DNA of 64,000 nt from Pseudogymnoascus verrucosus (lineage: Eukaryota), in assembly GCA_001662655.1 (NCBI GenBank), contig KV460241.1. One strand, written 5' to 3'. A program made the translations under genes and the position numbers. Each line of letters opens with the position of its first letter. Position 1 is the stretch's first letter. Below the pieces are notes generated by a model, which saw nothing but the letters and a program-made list of their open reading frames with translations, was not told the origin of the DNA and did not search any database. Below, one piece after another: positions 27,079-39,320 of this stretch.

Positions 27079-27239
27079 TTTTGCGGATTCTAATAATTCA
27101 ATTAGAAGCTGTTATAACATCCACTGCCCAGTCGGTGCTTACTGAAATGTTGTCTATTTCAAATCGTTGAGTTGTCGTGCTTGTCGAGGTTGGTTGTCGT
27201 CACAAATTCAATAATTTCAGATGCGACAGGGCAAATGCT

Positions 27240-27305
27240 AGTGAGAAACCCTATCGCTTGCTGACTAACCCCCGCCACAGAAGTTGTGTGGCTAACCCTA
27301 ACCGA
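27240..27305. promoter_or_regulatory. Telobox/Tbf1-like motifs in the shared RPS26/RPS31 promoter
   Basis: AAACCCTA at 27246, CTAACCC at 27265 and CTAACCCTAACC at 27292-27303, between the two 5'UTR introns. Confidence 0.55.
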
Positions 27306-27529
27306 GCCAAAATTATACGCGATCCATCGTCCAGATCAACGAATTTCCTCTCCAACCCACTTGCGACCGCTCAGGAAGACAATAAGGTTGTCTAGGTATG
27401 TGAAAACAATTTACTTTTCCCTTTGCCTTGTCTTTACGACGAGGCTTTCACAACCAGCAAACGCAATTACGAACGATGAGTTGTGAACCTACAACTTCTC
27501 GTTCCCCGCCGCCGAAGCCGATATACTAA

Positions 27530-28102
<573 letters not shown>

Positions 28103-28279
28103 TGAAGTAGCTTCTGATATGGTGGAATATGTATCATAGCATACTACAATACAGTTGCTACCAACCCTAATTTGTTCATGATTTTACTCTGTGACTTCGA
28201 TTGATCTAGTTCACCCGTAATGTCCAGAATATCCGCTCATCATATGGCCCATTTGCCACTGGGCTCTATCCTGACCCTT

Positions 28280-29744
28280 TCAAACCTCCTCGCCTGGGAA
28301 TCCGTTTTTCAAGTTCTCGTACTTCGTCTCTGGGAATTCCAAGCAGTTCTCCTTCTGATCCAACGTCCCAAGGTCCCCCGCAACGGCCTTGATAATGCTC
28401 TTGTCGCCCTCACCATCCCCGCTGCTCTCCCACCACATCGCACCGCCCAACCCCACCTTCTTTATCCAAGCCGTCTTCCTCCTTGCCGCCTCCACCGTAT
28501 CATAGGTAACCAAAATCCTCTTCTCTTCATGGTAGCAATAGCTGCCCTCGGTCTCCTCATCCAACTTCTCGACCGCACCCTCCAGCGGCAGCTTCTTGAA
28601 ATCATGCACCCCATTCTCCCAAGTCCCCTGCCCGACGCCACTATACGGCTTTCCGAGTCCATCGGTATTTTCAAAAGCGCGGCCATAAAGCGGCATGCCC
28701 AAGACGATCTTGTCCGACCTCACTCCATGGGAAGTGTAGTAGTCTATGGCTTTTTGAGAACTGAACGGGGTACTGGCGGGGTTGCTCTGGGATGGGAATA
28801 CATTGGCCTGGTGGCCTGCATTCGTATCCCACGAGCCAGCGAAGTCATAAGCCATCAAGTTCCAGAAATCCAGATAGCGATCCATGCCCGGGAGATCCAT
28901 GTTATTGAGGTTCTGCTCTCCAGCGGGACTGGCGACAGTGAGTTCGAAGTGGAATGGCGTGGAGAGGGAAGCGCCATAAGCGTCAAGGGCAGAACGGACA
29001 GCTTCAAGTAGGAGCACGTAGTGTTGTCCTTCCTCGGGGGACTTAGGGTACTCCCAATCAATATCTATCCCGTCGAGGCCGACGGTTTTGAGAATATCCA
29101 CGCAGCTAGTGGCAAACTTCTGGCGCCCCTCAGGAGTAGATGCAGGTGCAGCAAAGTTGGAAGAATAGGTCCAGCCGCCGATGGAGAGGAGAATCTTAAG
29201 ATGGCGATTCTTCCTCTTGAGAAGGTTGAGTTGCTTGAAACAGCCGTAAATGTTAGTCCCAACATCGTTCCAGGAGTCCTTCTCATAGTGTTTGTCTGTA
29301 TCAGACCATGGGTCGGTCAAAAAGCTGCGAATATTTAGTAATTATTCTCAAAGATAGCAATTCTATATATCCATCGATGACAATGCGGGGTATAAATGAG
29401 GGGCAGTCTGGGCGTTAACCCAAAGACATCCAAGGACAATGAGTAGGCGAATGGAACATAAACTATGCCTTTGGAAAGCACAGTCTTGACTGTAAACTTT
29501 GGGCATATGCTTTGAAAGGTTTGAATGCTGATGGAAACCGAATACTTACACTTCCCCGCTCTCCGGCCGAACATTGGCGAAGGCGTACAATACGTGTGTG
29601 AGCTTGTCTGCTGGAAGGTCCTGGGGATTGTGATTTCTGCCATAAATAGCCCCTAACACTCATCAGCGTGTCATCTATGCATCTATTGTAGTTGAAAAAC
29701 ATACAGTTTGCAAAGTATGCAATGGATCTGTAGTTGCCGCTCAT
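28280..29744 (-). CDS. Chitinase, glycoside hydrolase family 18 (fungal subgroup A)
   Basis: Exons 29744-29705, 29652-29550 and 29324-28280. [19 protein letters not shown], catalytic [23 protein letters not shown]. The AUG-initiated form has no signal peptide (see findings). Confidence 0.96.
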
Positions 29745-30271
29745 CTTGATTGGTGTAGATGAGTATTCACCTCTTATGAAAGGCTCTGGAAAATAGTTCC
29801 CAAAAATCGATAACAAGGTGCCAGCAAAAAGGGTAAATATGGCAGATATAAAAAAAACTGTTCTAATTGAGGAAGCCAGCTTGTATGTGGTGATGTGAAG
29901 GTGTTTATGGTTTGTTGACGTGGCGGTGCCCACACGAGGTTACTATAGTGGGGGTGTGAGATCTCCACATCGATGATGAGTATTTGAGGCACAGTTTCTT
30001 GGCTACAGCCCGCCATGAAAGCGCCACGCCCAAGTTCAGCTATGAATATTGAATATGTACAGTATTTTCTCATACAAACTCAGCCGTGTCTATGTTCGTC
30101 CGTCTGCAGTCCCTTACGCCATTTGTCATATTTACAAGCGCCTTCCATGCTTCAATCCCGTGAAGTCCATTCCCTGACAATGGCTCCAATTATATCTAGC
30201 ACAGTAAAGCCAGTGCTCTATTTTTTGCTCCAGTTCCCAGTGATATGACCCTGATATGATTCTTCTCAGTA

Positions 30272-31201
30272 TCATTTGCTACTGCGCACATCAGGAGGAG
30301 GTAGTAGTTTCTGGGTGGGTACATGACGAGGGTTCTCAGCCTCATGGGCCAGTTGCTCCCGAGTTCTCAAAAACTCATGTACTCTCTCATTTTTGTTAGC
30401 ATTCATAGAGGCCTCTCTCCGTCGCCTCATGAGTTCTTGGCTCATATCCCTATGTAGGGCATCGATTTGATGTGTCAAGCTTGAGGAGAAGTTATCCACC
30501 ACCCTGTTTTGCCCAACGAACCCGATCGTACCGAATAAAAGAATTAATACAGCAAACACGCCGTTAGAGAAGTATATCGGGTCTTGCTTTTCGTTCCTGT
30601 GGTGCCATTTCTCCCAGTCTTCCCAGGTCGCGTTGTATCTTGGTCCACCAGGGCCACCCTCTCCACTTCTGCCAGAATATGGTGGGGCCCAGCTACCATG
30701 TTGTGTAGCCTTGTCTGATTCTCCTTGCCATCCTGTCCCATATGCATCATATGCAGCTCTCTTGGCCGGATCGGAGAGTAAGTTGTTCGCGGCCACAATA
30801 AGCCGATATCGCTCGAGCTTCGTTGCGTCGGATATCTCGTAGTCATAGGAGCTGCTCTGGCTGAGCCGATCCGGGTGGTAAATCTTCACCAGTTCGTAGA
30901 AACGACGCTTTGAATACGGCGATCCTTTCTTTTGGTTAAAGATCTCGTAGGGTGTAGGAACCGCGTTGGCTGACTTGACTTCGGGCCACGGGATACTTGG
31001 CTGGTGCGCATCTCTACTGTGCCCATCTGCCACTACAGCGTATGCCCTGGGTCCTGTAACTTTCGGCGGGGTGGTCGAAGTTCTAGTGAATGAACCGTTT
31101 TGTTGGCGAAGTCGTGACGTAGCTGACGACGAAGCTCCCGTGGAAGCTCCAATTCCTTTCGCGCATGCTGATGACAGAGCAATTCCAGCCTTCTTCAGCA
31201 T
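30272..31201 (-). CDS. J-domain (DnaJ) protein, mitochondrial Jid1-like
   Basis: TPYEIF...LVKIYHPD...AANNLLSDP J-domain, a C-terminal TM segment and a presequence-like N-terminus. Confidence 0.85.
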   Translation of the reverse strand: MLKKAGIALSSACAKGIGASTGASSSATSRLRQQNGSFTRTSTTPPKVTGPRAYAVVADGHSRDAHQPSIPWPEVKSANAVPTPYEIFNQKKGSPYSKRRFYELVKIYHPDRLSQSSSYDYEISDATKLERYRLIVAANNLLSDPAKRAAYDAYGTGWQGESDKATQHGSWAPPYSGRSGEGGPGGPRYNATWEDWEKWHHRNEKQDPIYFSNGVFAVLILLFGTIGFVGQNRVVDNFSSSLTHQIDALHRDMSQELMRRRREASMNANKNERVHEFLRTREQLAHEAENPRHVPTQKLLPPPDVRSSK

Positions 31202-31828
31202 AACTAAACGCAGGCCACGATGCCTAGATTATTCACACGACCATTCATATGTGAAGAACATGTATAATTCGGCCAAGATAGTTGCGAGCGGTTCTGGCAG
31301 TTCGGGAAATGCGGAGATACAGTTGAGTCGTTGATGGAGAGAGTAGGTTAACAAAGTTACGGGAAGGCCCGGCAAGCCAAGTTTAACGATAACGATTTTG
31401 GTTCAATATCACGGGTGGCAGCGCCTATAATTCCACACCAGCAACTATAGGACTATTAAACACTTGGTGAGGGAAGACAACTGGCTTTTTGCGCCATTAT
31501 CTCTCTTTTATAAAAATGATATAAAAATTGTAACTACAAGTCAATAAACCCTCGCGCTTACTGTCAACACTTCAACGAACTAAGCGCCGATGTGGGGTAA
31601 AGCTCTTATCGGACCCAGTTCCACCCGACCTTTGTTCCCCCAAGGCTATAAGAAGGAGCAACACCATAGACAATTTTGATAGTCTTCCTTTTTTCCAAGC
31701 ATCCAAAAACTCAGCATATTTGCTCAACTCCACATGATGTGAAGAGTACATGACACTGACGCGACCTGTGATCGCTTCTCTCTGTCCGCTATCTATTGGC
31801 GCTGGAGGAATAATCACAGAGATCCATA

Positions 31829-33667
31829 ATGTTTGATGAGAGGACAGGCCAGGTTTTCGAAGAGAGAATCGCCCCAATTCAAAACCAGAATGATGCTCGA
31901 AATTGGCCAAAGAAGACCCCAATTGCGCTCTGCCAGAAGTACAGGAGCTCTGAGACACCTGCATACAGAAACTATTGCAAAGTAGTCGAACAGAACCGTT
32001 CTCCTGCAGAAATAGTTGCAAACGCTCCCAGGAAATTATTCGATATCTCTATCAATGTCTTGGTATCTAATCTGCATTCTCTTCTACCGAATACCCTGAA
32101 GCGCATTCCATTGCATCTTCTTGAGGAAGTTGCTAGGGTAGCCCAAGGGAGGTTCGCTGAGTTGGGCCCTTTGGGCAGTTTCCCAGATGGGTTTTTAGAC
32201 CAGCTCCCACTCTCTACTGTCGAAGGGATGTGGGCGGCCATCAACCAAAGGTATGTGACGAACAATTATTATTCTCTATATTATCTCTATATTATGGGTG
32301 TATGTTGGCTTTTTAAGTGTCTTCAAGCTTAATAGTACGCTTATCACCGATGTAGGGCCCAGTTGAACTTGGACACTTGGAAGAAGATTTCCAAGAGAAT
32401 ACTTTCTGAGAAGCGTGACACTGCGACAGAACTTGGGCTTCGTCGCTACCGCCAAGAAATTGAATCACCAAGTCCAGAGTTGTCATTATACACAGGACCT
32501 GTCACATCGACCTCGTTTGACTTCTTGACATCTCTGACAATCACAGCATGGTATCCAATCAATGAGCTGGTGAACCTCGCTGATGTCGTCAATCTTGGAA
32601 TTTTGCAAATCTATGAAACCGAAGAATCAATTCTCAAGCGTGGATTAGAGAGGCTTGTTCCCGATAGACTTCTGAGAGCTTGGGCAGAGCTCGCGGTTGA
32701 AAAGGGCGCCTTCTCCGTGCTCAGAGTCCTCAAATTCCATGTTCTCGAAGGTGGCCTCACCGAAAGCAGCTTTAGGCACTTCAATTCATTCCCGGCATTG
32801 GGGTTGATATTCCCTGGTCCGGACCGTATGAGCGAATCCGTTGCCGTCAAAGCAAAAGAAGTGGGCTGGCAAGCTCTCTGCGATTCAAAAACATCTTTAA
32901 TCGGAACTCAGTTCAACAATACCATCAATGTGGTAAACCCGCGAGATGATAATTACTCTTACGACTCCTCGAGTAAGCAGGTATGGCATATGCCATTCAT
33001 CAATTTTGGTGCCAATAATCCAACATCATGGGATGGTTGCGAAGTAACAACACTTCCATCCAAGAATAGAAGTGAATTCCTCGCTGATTTGGAAGCTACT
33101 AGACCCCCAACCCATTGGCTGTCTGGAGTAAAGCAAGGCGGCCCCGAAAACCGCATGAGCCGGGTTCGTGAGTATGGTGATTTTGTACAAGGCGAATCCT
33201 GGCAGAAGACTGACTGGAACCTATTTTGCGAGTCTCTGGGGCAGCCTAAGTCACATACTGTTACTGATGGGGATGTGCACTGCCTCGATCAGTTCCACGG
33301 TCTTACCTATCTTCGGCTTGATCGTGATCTCCGTGCTGCTGGAGTTAAGGAGTGCGGGCCGGGTATTGTCAGCATAGGAGATACCTTCAAATCTATCATC
33401 ACCACCGCACCGATAGTTAGCATTCTTCTGGGCCCGAGGAAACTTGGCGACAAGTTCGACAACTTTTCTCGCATCAAGTCCTGGCATTTCTTGCGGACCA
33501 CTATACCGGGTAAAGTGCCAAAACCAGATCAATCGACTTCCAATCCAGCCGATACGAAGCCCTCTACGGCACCGCCATCATTCAATAAGCGGCCGGAGAG
33601 TGAGTCTGCAAGGAAGATGCGTCCTGCAAAAGTGCAGAAATTTAATGATTTCTTTGGGGCTTTGTAG
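31829..33667 (+). CDS. Hypothetical protein (possible BC-box and degenerate leucine-rich region)
   Basis: Two ORFs joined in frame by intron 32251-32355; no confident family; start codon uncertain. Confidence 0.7.
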
Positions 33668-33878
33668 TAAAGGGGCATTAGCATGTGCGGGGACACAAGG
33701 CTTTCCAGTTTTAAAGATGTCTATTTTGAACTTTATTTCCATAGCCTATTCTAGACTGTGTATGGACCATCTACCAATAATTGCAGGAAATTTCCACACC
33801 CAGCTTGGATATCTATATGTAAAGCACGTCTCCCATGGCCCACCTTCTGACAGCAACTTTCCCTGTGACATGCGCCAA

Positions 33879-35906
33879 CTACCCCGGAAACCCTGCCCTC
33901 GCCACCTTCCTCGCCCTCTGGTCTCTCCGATTGTGGTTTGCCACCCTCCCCTTATTTTGGTCCTTCCTTTCTCGCGCCTTATCTGTGTCTTGCCCAGGTG
34001 CTCCCGCAACACTAGACCCTCCCCCCCTACCTCTCCCACCCATACCTCTACCTCGGCCCCTGAACCCTCCTCTACCTCGATTCCCACCATCAACATCACT
34101 ACCATCTGTACCCTCAGTCCCGGAATCCGCACGCCAGCTAGTGGGCGCCAATTGGTTCTGCTGACCGCTGAAACTCGACATCTTCGCTTCGAGTCGGCGC
34201 AATCTGCGCGGGTCGCGAGACAACATGATACCCCAGCCTTCAATAGCCTCATCTGTCATGCCAGTCTCTTGCTTCAAACTGGCTCGCTCTTTGCCCCTTC
34301 TCGTGGGTGCATCCCGCCCAAACACCGCTTGGTTCATTTTCCATGCGCGGAAGAGCAATTCATCCTTCGCATCATCCATTTCTGATCGTTGGTCTCGTAG
34401 TTCGTCGGTGTTGTTTGCGTCTACGGCGCCTCCTACATCTGCGGCGTCGTATGTGTCATCTCTCTCATCATCATCGCTATCAAAAGCTGTGAGGGCTGTG
34501 AGAATAGCTGCTGTATTTGGCGCTGTAGAGCGGTCTTTGAGGATGTCATCTGCGGTCTTGTCGGCATCTTTACGGCCGAAATGTAATCGCGAGGTAGAGA
34601 CGGCTAGCTGGTCGAACTCGTCATCGTCGTAGATGTTGCGGCGAGTAGGGGCGAGTGGTGGTGTAGCACGAGGCGACATATGTGGTAAGGTTGATTCACC
34701 GGACGCAGTTTCGGGGAGTGCTTCTGTGCGGTCCAGCCCATTGAGGTGAGGTGGGAGAGAGTCTTCGAGAAGATGAGAAATCACAACTTCAACATCTTCG
34801 TTGTATTCGTCCAACAGCTTTACTATGAATGCAGAGCCGAGATCTGGGAATAGGTCCTGGACTTGAGATACGAGGCTGATGAGGTGGATGTGAACAGGAC
34901 CTGCCCCATGGTCATGTTCACTATCGACATTGGCTGCTTTCTTTCCTTTATTGATCTTCCGTTTGACGATCCGTTTAGGGCGTGTAGCGTTGGGTTTCCG
35001 GAAGCCCTCCAAGGACGATATGATAGGCTTCGCTCTAGCAGACCCTGTGCCACTCTGATCTATGCGGTCTCTGACTTGCTTTAATAGTGGAGTAGCTGTT
35101 ACTAATTCTGCGACGAGAGAATCATTGACGTTCGTCGGACCAGCCTTGTGAGCTTCCGCTGCAGCTTGTAGAGAATATAGTTGGTCAATAAGTTGAGAAA
35201 ACCTTGGCTTCTCACCCTCGGTCAAGGTGATTAGACACAAATATGTCGTTGAAATGATAGCCTTCCGTAATGGTGGATTCATAAGCTTATAACATGATAT
35301 TAAAGCATCAAGGAAATCAGATCCGCTCATGAAAAAAATAGCGGTATCGGGAGACGCATAGAGAAGATGGTTTAGACGCTTCAACGTCTGTTCGACCTCT
35401 GCGGGTTTACCTTTGAGTCCAGCTTCAAGGTCTTTAGTAAGACGAGACTTAAAGTTGCCCAAAGGTAACGCGAGTGCTTCAGAGGATTTCCTCCAGAGGT
35501 TGGCCAGAGGTTTATTCGAAAGGCCTTTCCCATACGCCTTCGCAAAGTCCGCCAAGAATTCCCACTTAAGAAGCGTCTCCGGAGGCGGCTCTGAGTCCAG
35601 TAGCCTATTGATAAGAAAGAAGACGCTCTTCTTAAGTGTTTTGGACTTCTCGACGTCGCCGAACGAGTCGACGTCAGGTGATAACAGCGCGAGCTGCCTC
35701 GTATATGAAGTAACAAACACCGCTAAATATTCATCGCCGGCAAGGGCCTGAGCAAAATTTTGAGGAGGCAGAGATAAATTGGCCTCAACCAAGACTATCC
35801 ATGCGTCAAGGCATGCTGCCCATTCTTCAGGCACAAGATGTGCTCTCCATTCAGCTTCGGGGAACGGTGCTAGTGACGGAAGCCGTTTGGGCGTATTGGA
35901 GGCCAT
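33879..35906 (-). CDS. CUE3: CUE-domain protein Cue3/ASCC2 (ribosome quality control)
   Basis: CUE motif ISLVSQVQDLFPDLGSAF, DDDERDDTYD, MTDEAIEGW, RGG-rich tail and ANHNRR C-terminus. Confidence 0.88.
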   Translation of the reverse strand: MASNTPKRLPSLAPFPEAEWRAHLVPEEWAACLDAWIVLVEANLSLPPQNFAQALAGDEYLAVFVTSYTRQLALLSPDVDSFGDVEKSKTLKKSVFFLINRLLDSEPPPETLLKWEFLADFAKAYGKGLSNKPLANLWRKSSEALALPLGNFKSRLTKDLEAGLKGKPAEVEQTLKRLNHLLYASPDTAIFFMSGSDFLDALISCYKLMNPPLRKAIISTTYLCLITLTEGEKPRFSQLIDQLYSLQAAAEAHKAGPTNVNDSLVAELVTATPLLKQVRDRIDQSGTGSARAKPIISSLEGFRKPNATRPKRIVKRKINKGKKAANVDSEHDHGAGPVHIHLISLVSQVQDLFPDLGSAFIVKLLDEYNEDVEVVISHLLEDSLPPHLNGLDRTEALPETASGESTLPHMSPRATPPLAPTRRNIYDDDEFDQLAVSTSRLHFGRKDADKTADDILKDRSTAPNTAAILTALTAFDSDDDERDDTYDAADVGGAVDANNTDELRDQRSEMDDAKDELLFRAWKMNQAVFGRDAPTRRGKERASLKQETGMTDEAIEGWGIMLSRDPRRLRRLEAKMSSFSGQQNQLAPTSWRADSGTEGTDGSDVDGGNRGRGGFRGRGRGMGGRGRGGGSSVAGAPGQDTDKARERKDQNKGRVANHNRRDQRARKVARAGFPG

Positions 35907-36106
35907 AGATCCGTGGATGGGTGATATCAACTTCCGTTAATAAATATGTCTCTTCCTGTTCCAAACGATCCATATATTGCTTTGTTCAAAATCAACGCCT
36001 TTGTCCTGAATTCGCTGGTGATAATTCAATAATGCCGGCGAGTCACTTCCATAATCAACCTTGATATCAACCTAAAAGTACGTACCTTATTTGGGAAATC
36101 CACATA

Positions 36107-36140
36107 TCACGTGACAATCACCAATTCAGCCCTAGCTAGC
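36107..36140. promoter_or_regulatory. Cbf1-type E-box plus Tbf1-like site upstream of RPS20
   Basis: TCACGTGAC at 36107-36115 and CAGCCCTAG about 12 nt downstream. Confidence 0.5.
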
Positions 36141-36285
36141 GATGCCAAGAGTTCGTGCCCACCAAAAATACAATTCTCGATATGGATATATTTCCTTCCC
36201 ATCGCTATCACGACAACCCAACGATCGCCTTAGTCACTTTGCCGAAACATAACGTTCGAGTCGCCAAGGTATAACTTATATCAAG

Positions 36286-36808
36286 ATGTCTTTCCAGAAG
36301 CCAGAGAAGGAGTTCGGCGAGGGCCCAGTATGTCTTCCCCATCATCACAACGCGCAATTGAGCGCATTGCGACCTCCGAATCGGTGTCGTCGGATATACC
36401 TTACTGACGCATAATTTTCCAGAAAATCCACCGCATCCGTATCACCCTCACCTCCCGCAAGGTCGACGCCCTCGAGAAGGTCTGCACCGAGCTCGTTGAG
36501 CGTGCCAAATCCAAGGACCTCCGCGTCAAAGGCCCCGTCCGTCTCCCAACCAAGACCCTCAAGATCACCACCCGCAAGACCCCCTGTGGTGAGGGTTCCA
36601 AGACCTGGGACACCTTTGAGATGCGCATCCACAAGCGCCTCATTGAGTAAGTAGCCCGTGATCTTTGCTACGCCCTGGGTGTGGCAAGCAGCTTGTAGGA
36701 GGGCCTCACTAACGTATCAATAGTCTTAACGCCCCCACTGAGGTCGTCAAGCAGATCATCATCAACATCGAGGCCGGTGTCGAGGTTGAGGTCACCATTG
36801 CTGCTTAA
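36286..36808 (+). CDS. RPS20: 40S ribosomal protein uS10 (S20)
   Basis: Exons 36286-36327, 36423-36645 and 36724-36808: [12 protein letters not shown]...KGPVRLPTK...[13 protein letters not shown]...[10 protein letters not shown]. Confidence 0.97.
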
Positions 36809-37100
36809 ATGTATCATGGTCCTTCTTCTGGCATTGCATGTTAGGGTTCGGGGTGCTATTGGACGCTTTTTACTGTAGAGGGCGAGATATTAGCCACCAT
36901 CGAATTACTATATATGCATGACTCTTGAAACATATTCTACATTCTGTCTGTGCCGTGACTTAGGAGTCTCATTGTAGCCCAAGGATGATCCTCCATCCCA
37001 CTTTAACCTGACTTCTCTAAAAAACCGAACTCCAACAGTATTATCCACAACCGGACACCGTCCCATGCTATATATATATTCTTTGTCCCTCCCTGTATTT

Positions 37101-38874
37101 CTAGAAATCCCATTTCGACCACTCCCTCCGCGGCGGTAATAGCGGCAGTTTCCCTCCTTCCAATTCTCCCGTCTGCCTAAGTTTCTCATAGGCTTCTTTC
37201 GTCGCTTGATCATACCCCTCCTCCGGCAGCTCTGTCGCACTATAATACCCCGGAGGCCCATTCGGAAACCATATCTTTTCCCAACTCCCATCAGAGTTCT
37301 GGAATCCCGGCTGGTTATCTTTGTATACCACAGGTCTACCCTTGAACATTGTTATGCGGTTGGAAGCATCTCGTGCACTGTAAGTTGACGGGTGCGGATG
37401 CTGGGCGCTCGAGCCGGGCGGGTAAGGGCTAGGATCGGCGACTTGACCACCAGCGGCAGGAAACCCGGATTGCTGGCCCTGGGCAGCTTGCTGCTGAGGA
37501 ATTGGCGAGAATGGGTTTGGTGCCTGAATATTGCTGGGAGGAGCAGCTCCAAAAGGTTGCGCGCCGCCCTGTTGGAAGCCAGAGGGAGCGGTGGGTGCGC
37601 CGAAGGGGCTTGCTCCCGTAGAGAAACCGCTCGCGGGCTGCGCAGCAGGTTGTCCGAATGGACTTGGCTGGGCAGGTTGTTGAGCCTGTGGCTGTCCGAA
37701 CGGACTTGGTTGAGCAGGCTGCTGAACCTGCGGTTGTCCAAATGGACTTGGTTGGGTAGGCTGCTGGACCTGCGGTTGTCCAAAGGCGCCCTGGGATTGT
37801 TGTTGTGCAAGTAAAGGGTTAGGTGCGTTTTGCTGAAAGCCTCCAGGCTGACCAAATGCACCAATGCCGCCTGGCTGAGGTTGCTGTCCAAAGGGGCTGG
37901 GTTGTGGTGGTTGTACAGGTGCCTGCGCGCCAAAGGGCTGTGACGCCTGAGGATTGGACCCTAGCCCTGGTTGCCCAAATGCCGGAGCTGGAGCGCCGAA
38001 AGCACCTTGCCCTCCAAGCGGATTCGGAGCTTGTCCTAGAATCGACTGGCCTGCACCGAATGCGCTCGCCGGTGGAATTTGACTGGGTTGTCCCAGAGGG
38101 TTCACTGCGGGGATGTTTGCGCCCAACGGAGCCATAGGTTGTGTGGGATTTATGAGCCCCTTTGTATACTGTTCCACAATATCCAGTCGGTTTGGATGTT
38201 CATTCTCACCACGGAGAACGTACGTCAGGGCAGCGTCGATGTTGTGCAGGGCGTTCTGGTTTTGTGCTGCTGCCTTCTGAATCAATTCGTCCTGCTGTTG
38301 CGCCTGGAACAATGTTAGTATAGTTTTGGTATGACGTCTTCTGGGATGCATACAGCCAGAGCTTCTTGCCCTTGCGCTCGAAGCGCATAATGATTCAATC
38401 GCATTTCTTCGAAACTCTTCTCTCTCTCCTCTCCTCCAAAAAGTTGTATAGGGGCCTTCAGGCCCGGTCCATAGGCTGATAGGATCCATTGTGGCAGTTC
38501 AGTCGACAGATCTGTGATCATTGCATCCTTGCCTAGAAGGTATGGAGGCTGCGCTTGCTGTCCTGGTTGAGGACCTGTTGGCGCACGACCACGGGTATCC
38601 GGTGCCCTTCCAAAGCTGCTCTGCCCTTGCGGCTGCCTGGCTCCAAACGTAGACTGTCCTCCGTATCCTTGGTTGACATTGCTTGCGACCGCGTTGAAAG
38701 GATTGCGACCAGGTGCGCCGCCGCCTCCGGCTACTTCTTGGCCAGGAGGGCCAATGTGCTCAAATCGACAATTATCTATTGACAAGTCAGCTTAGGATTA
38801 AGAAAAGTAGCTTTCCACATATACTGACTCCCGTTCTTGCATGTCCCCTTCCCCCAGAACCTGCAAATAGCCAT
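37101..38874 (-). CDS. CCCH zinc-finger FG nucleoporin (Amo1/Nup42-like)
   Basis: MAICRFWGRGTCKNGNNCRFEH zinc finger across intron 38776-38828; PQWILSAYGP, EKSFEEMR, many PFG/AFG repeats, C-terminal LPLLPP. Confidence 0.87.
37640..37790 (-). repeat. Coding tandem repeat (about 39 bp, QPSPFGQPQxQQP) within the nucleoporin
   Basis: GGACTTGG...CTGCGGTTGTCC-like units repeated about four times. Confidence 0.8.
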
Positions 38875-39320
38875 TGTTCCTGTTGCTTAGTCTTCTGGGA
38901 AGGGTTCACTTTGTCCGACAAACAGCATAATAAAAAGCCATATTAAACACAAACAGTAAAACGTGAGATATTATGAGAGCTGCAATTCGCAAAAGGACAT
39001 CAAAACGTATAAACGCCTCTAATGTTGTCAAAGAATTGAACCGTGAATCATCGCGTCGTTATCGATAGCGACAAGGCCGCATTTCGAGTACCGCCACAAT
39101 GTTAATCCATGCCGAGGTGATGAAATCAGTTTGATTACTCTCGAGACAGACAAAGTCTAACCTTAAACCAACATTCATGACATCAATATCAAAGAAAATA
39201 CTACATTAGGTAACTCAATTTGCATTGTAAATGGATAATTCTTTATTCGGCTTACAAAGACGCCAGACGCCATGTTAATTGACTCCCTTACTTTGACTAT
39301 TCCGTGCAAAGTCCAGCCGA

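Noticed and set aside
27292..27303. Telomere or telomerase RNA template
   Set aside because: Only two repeat units, inside a short ribosomal protein promoter; better explained as a factor-binding site.
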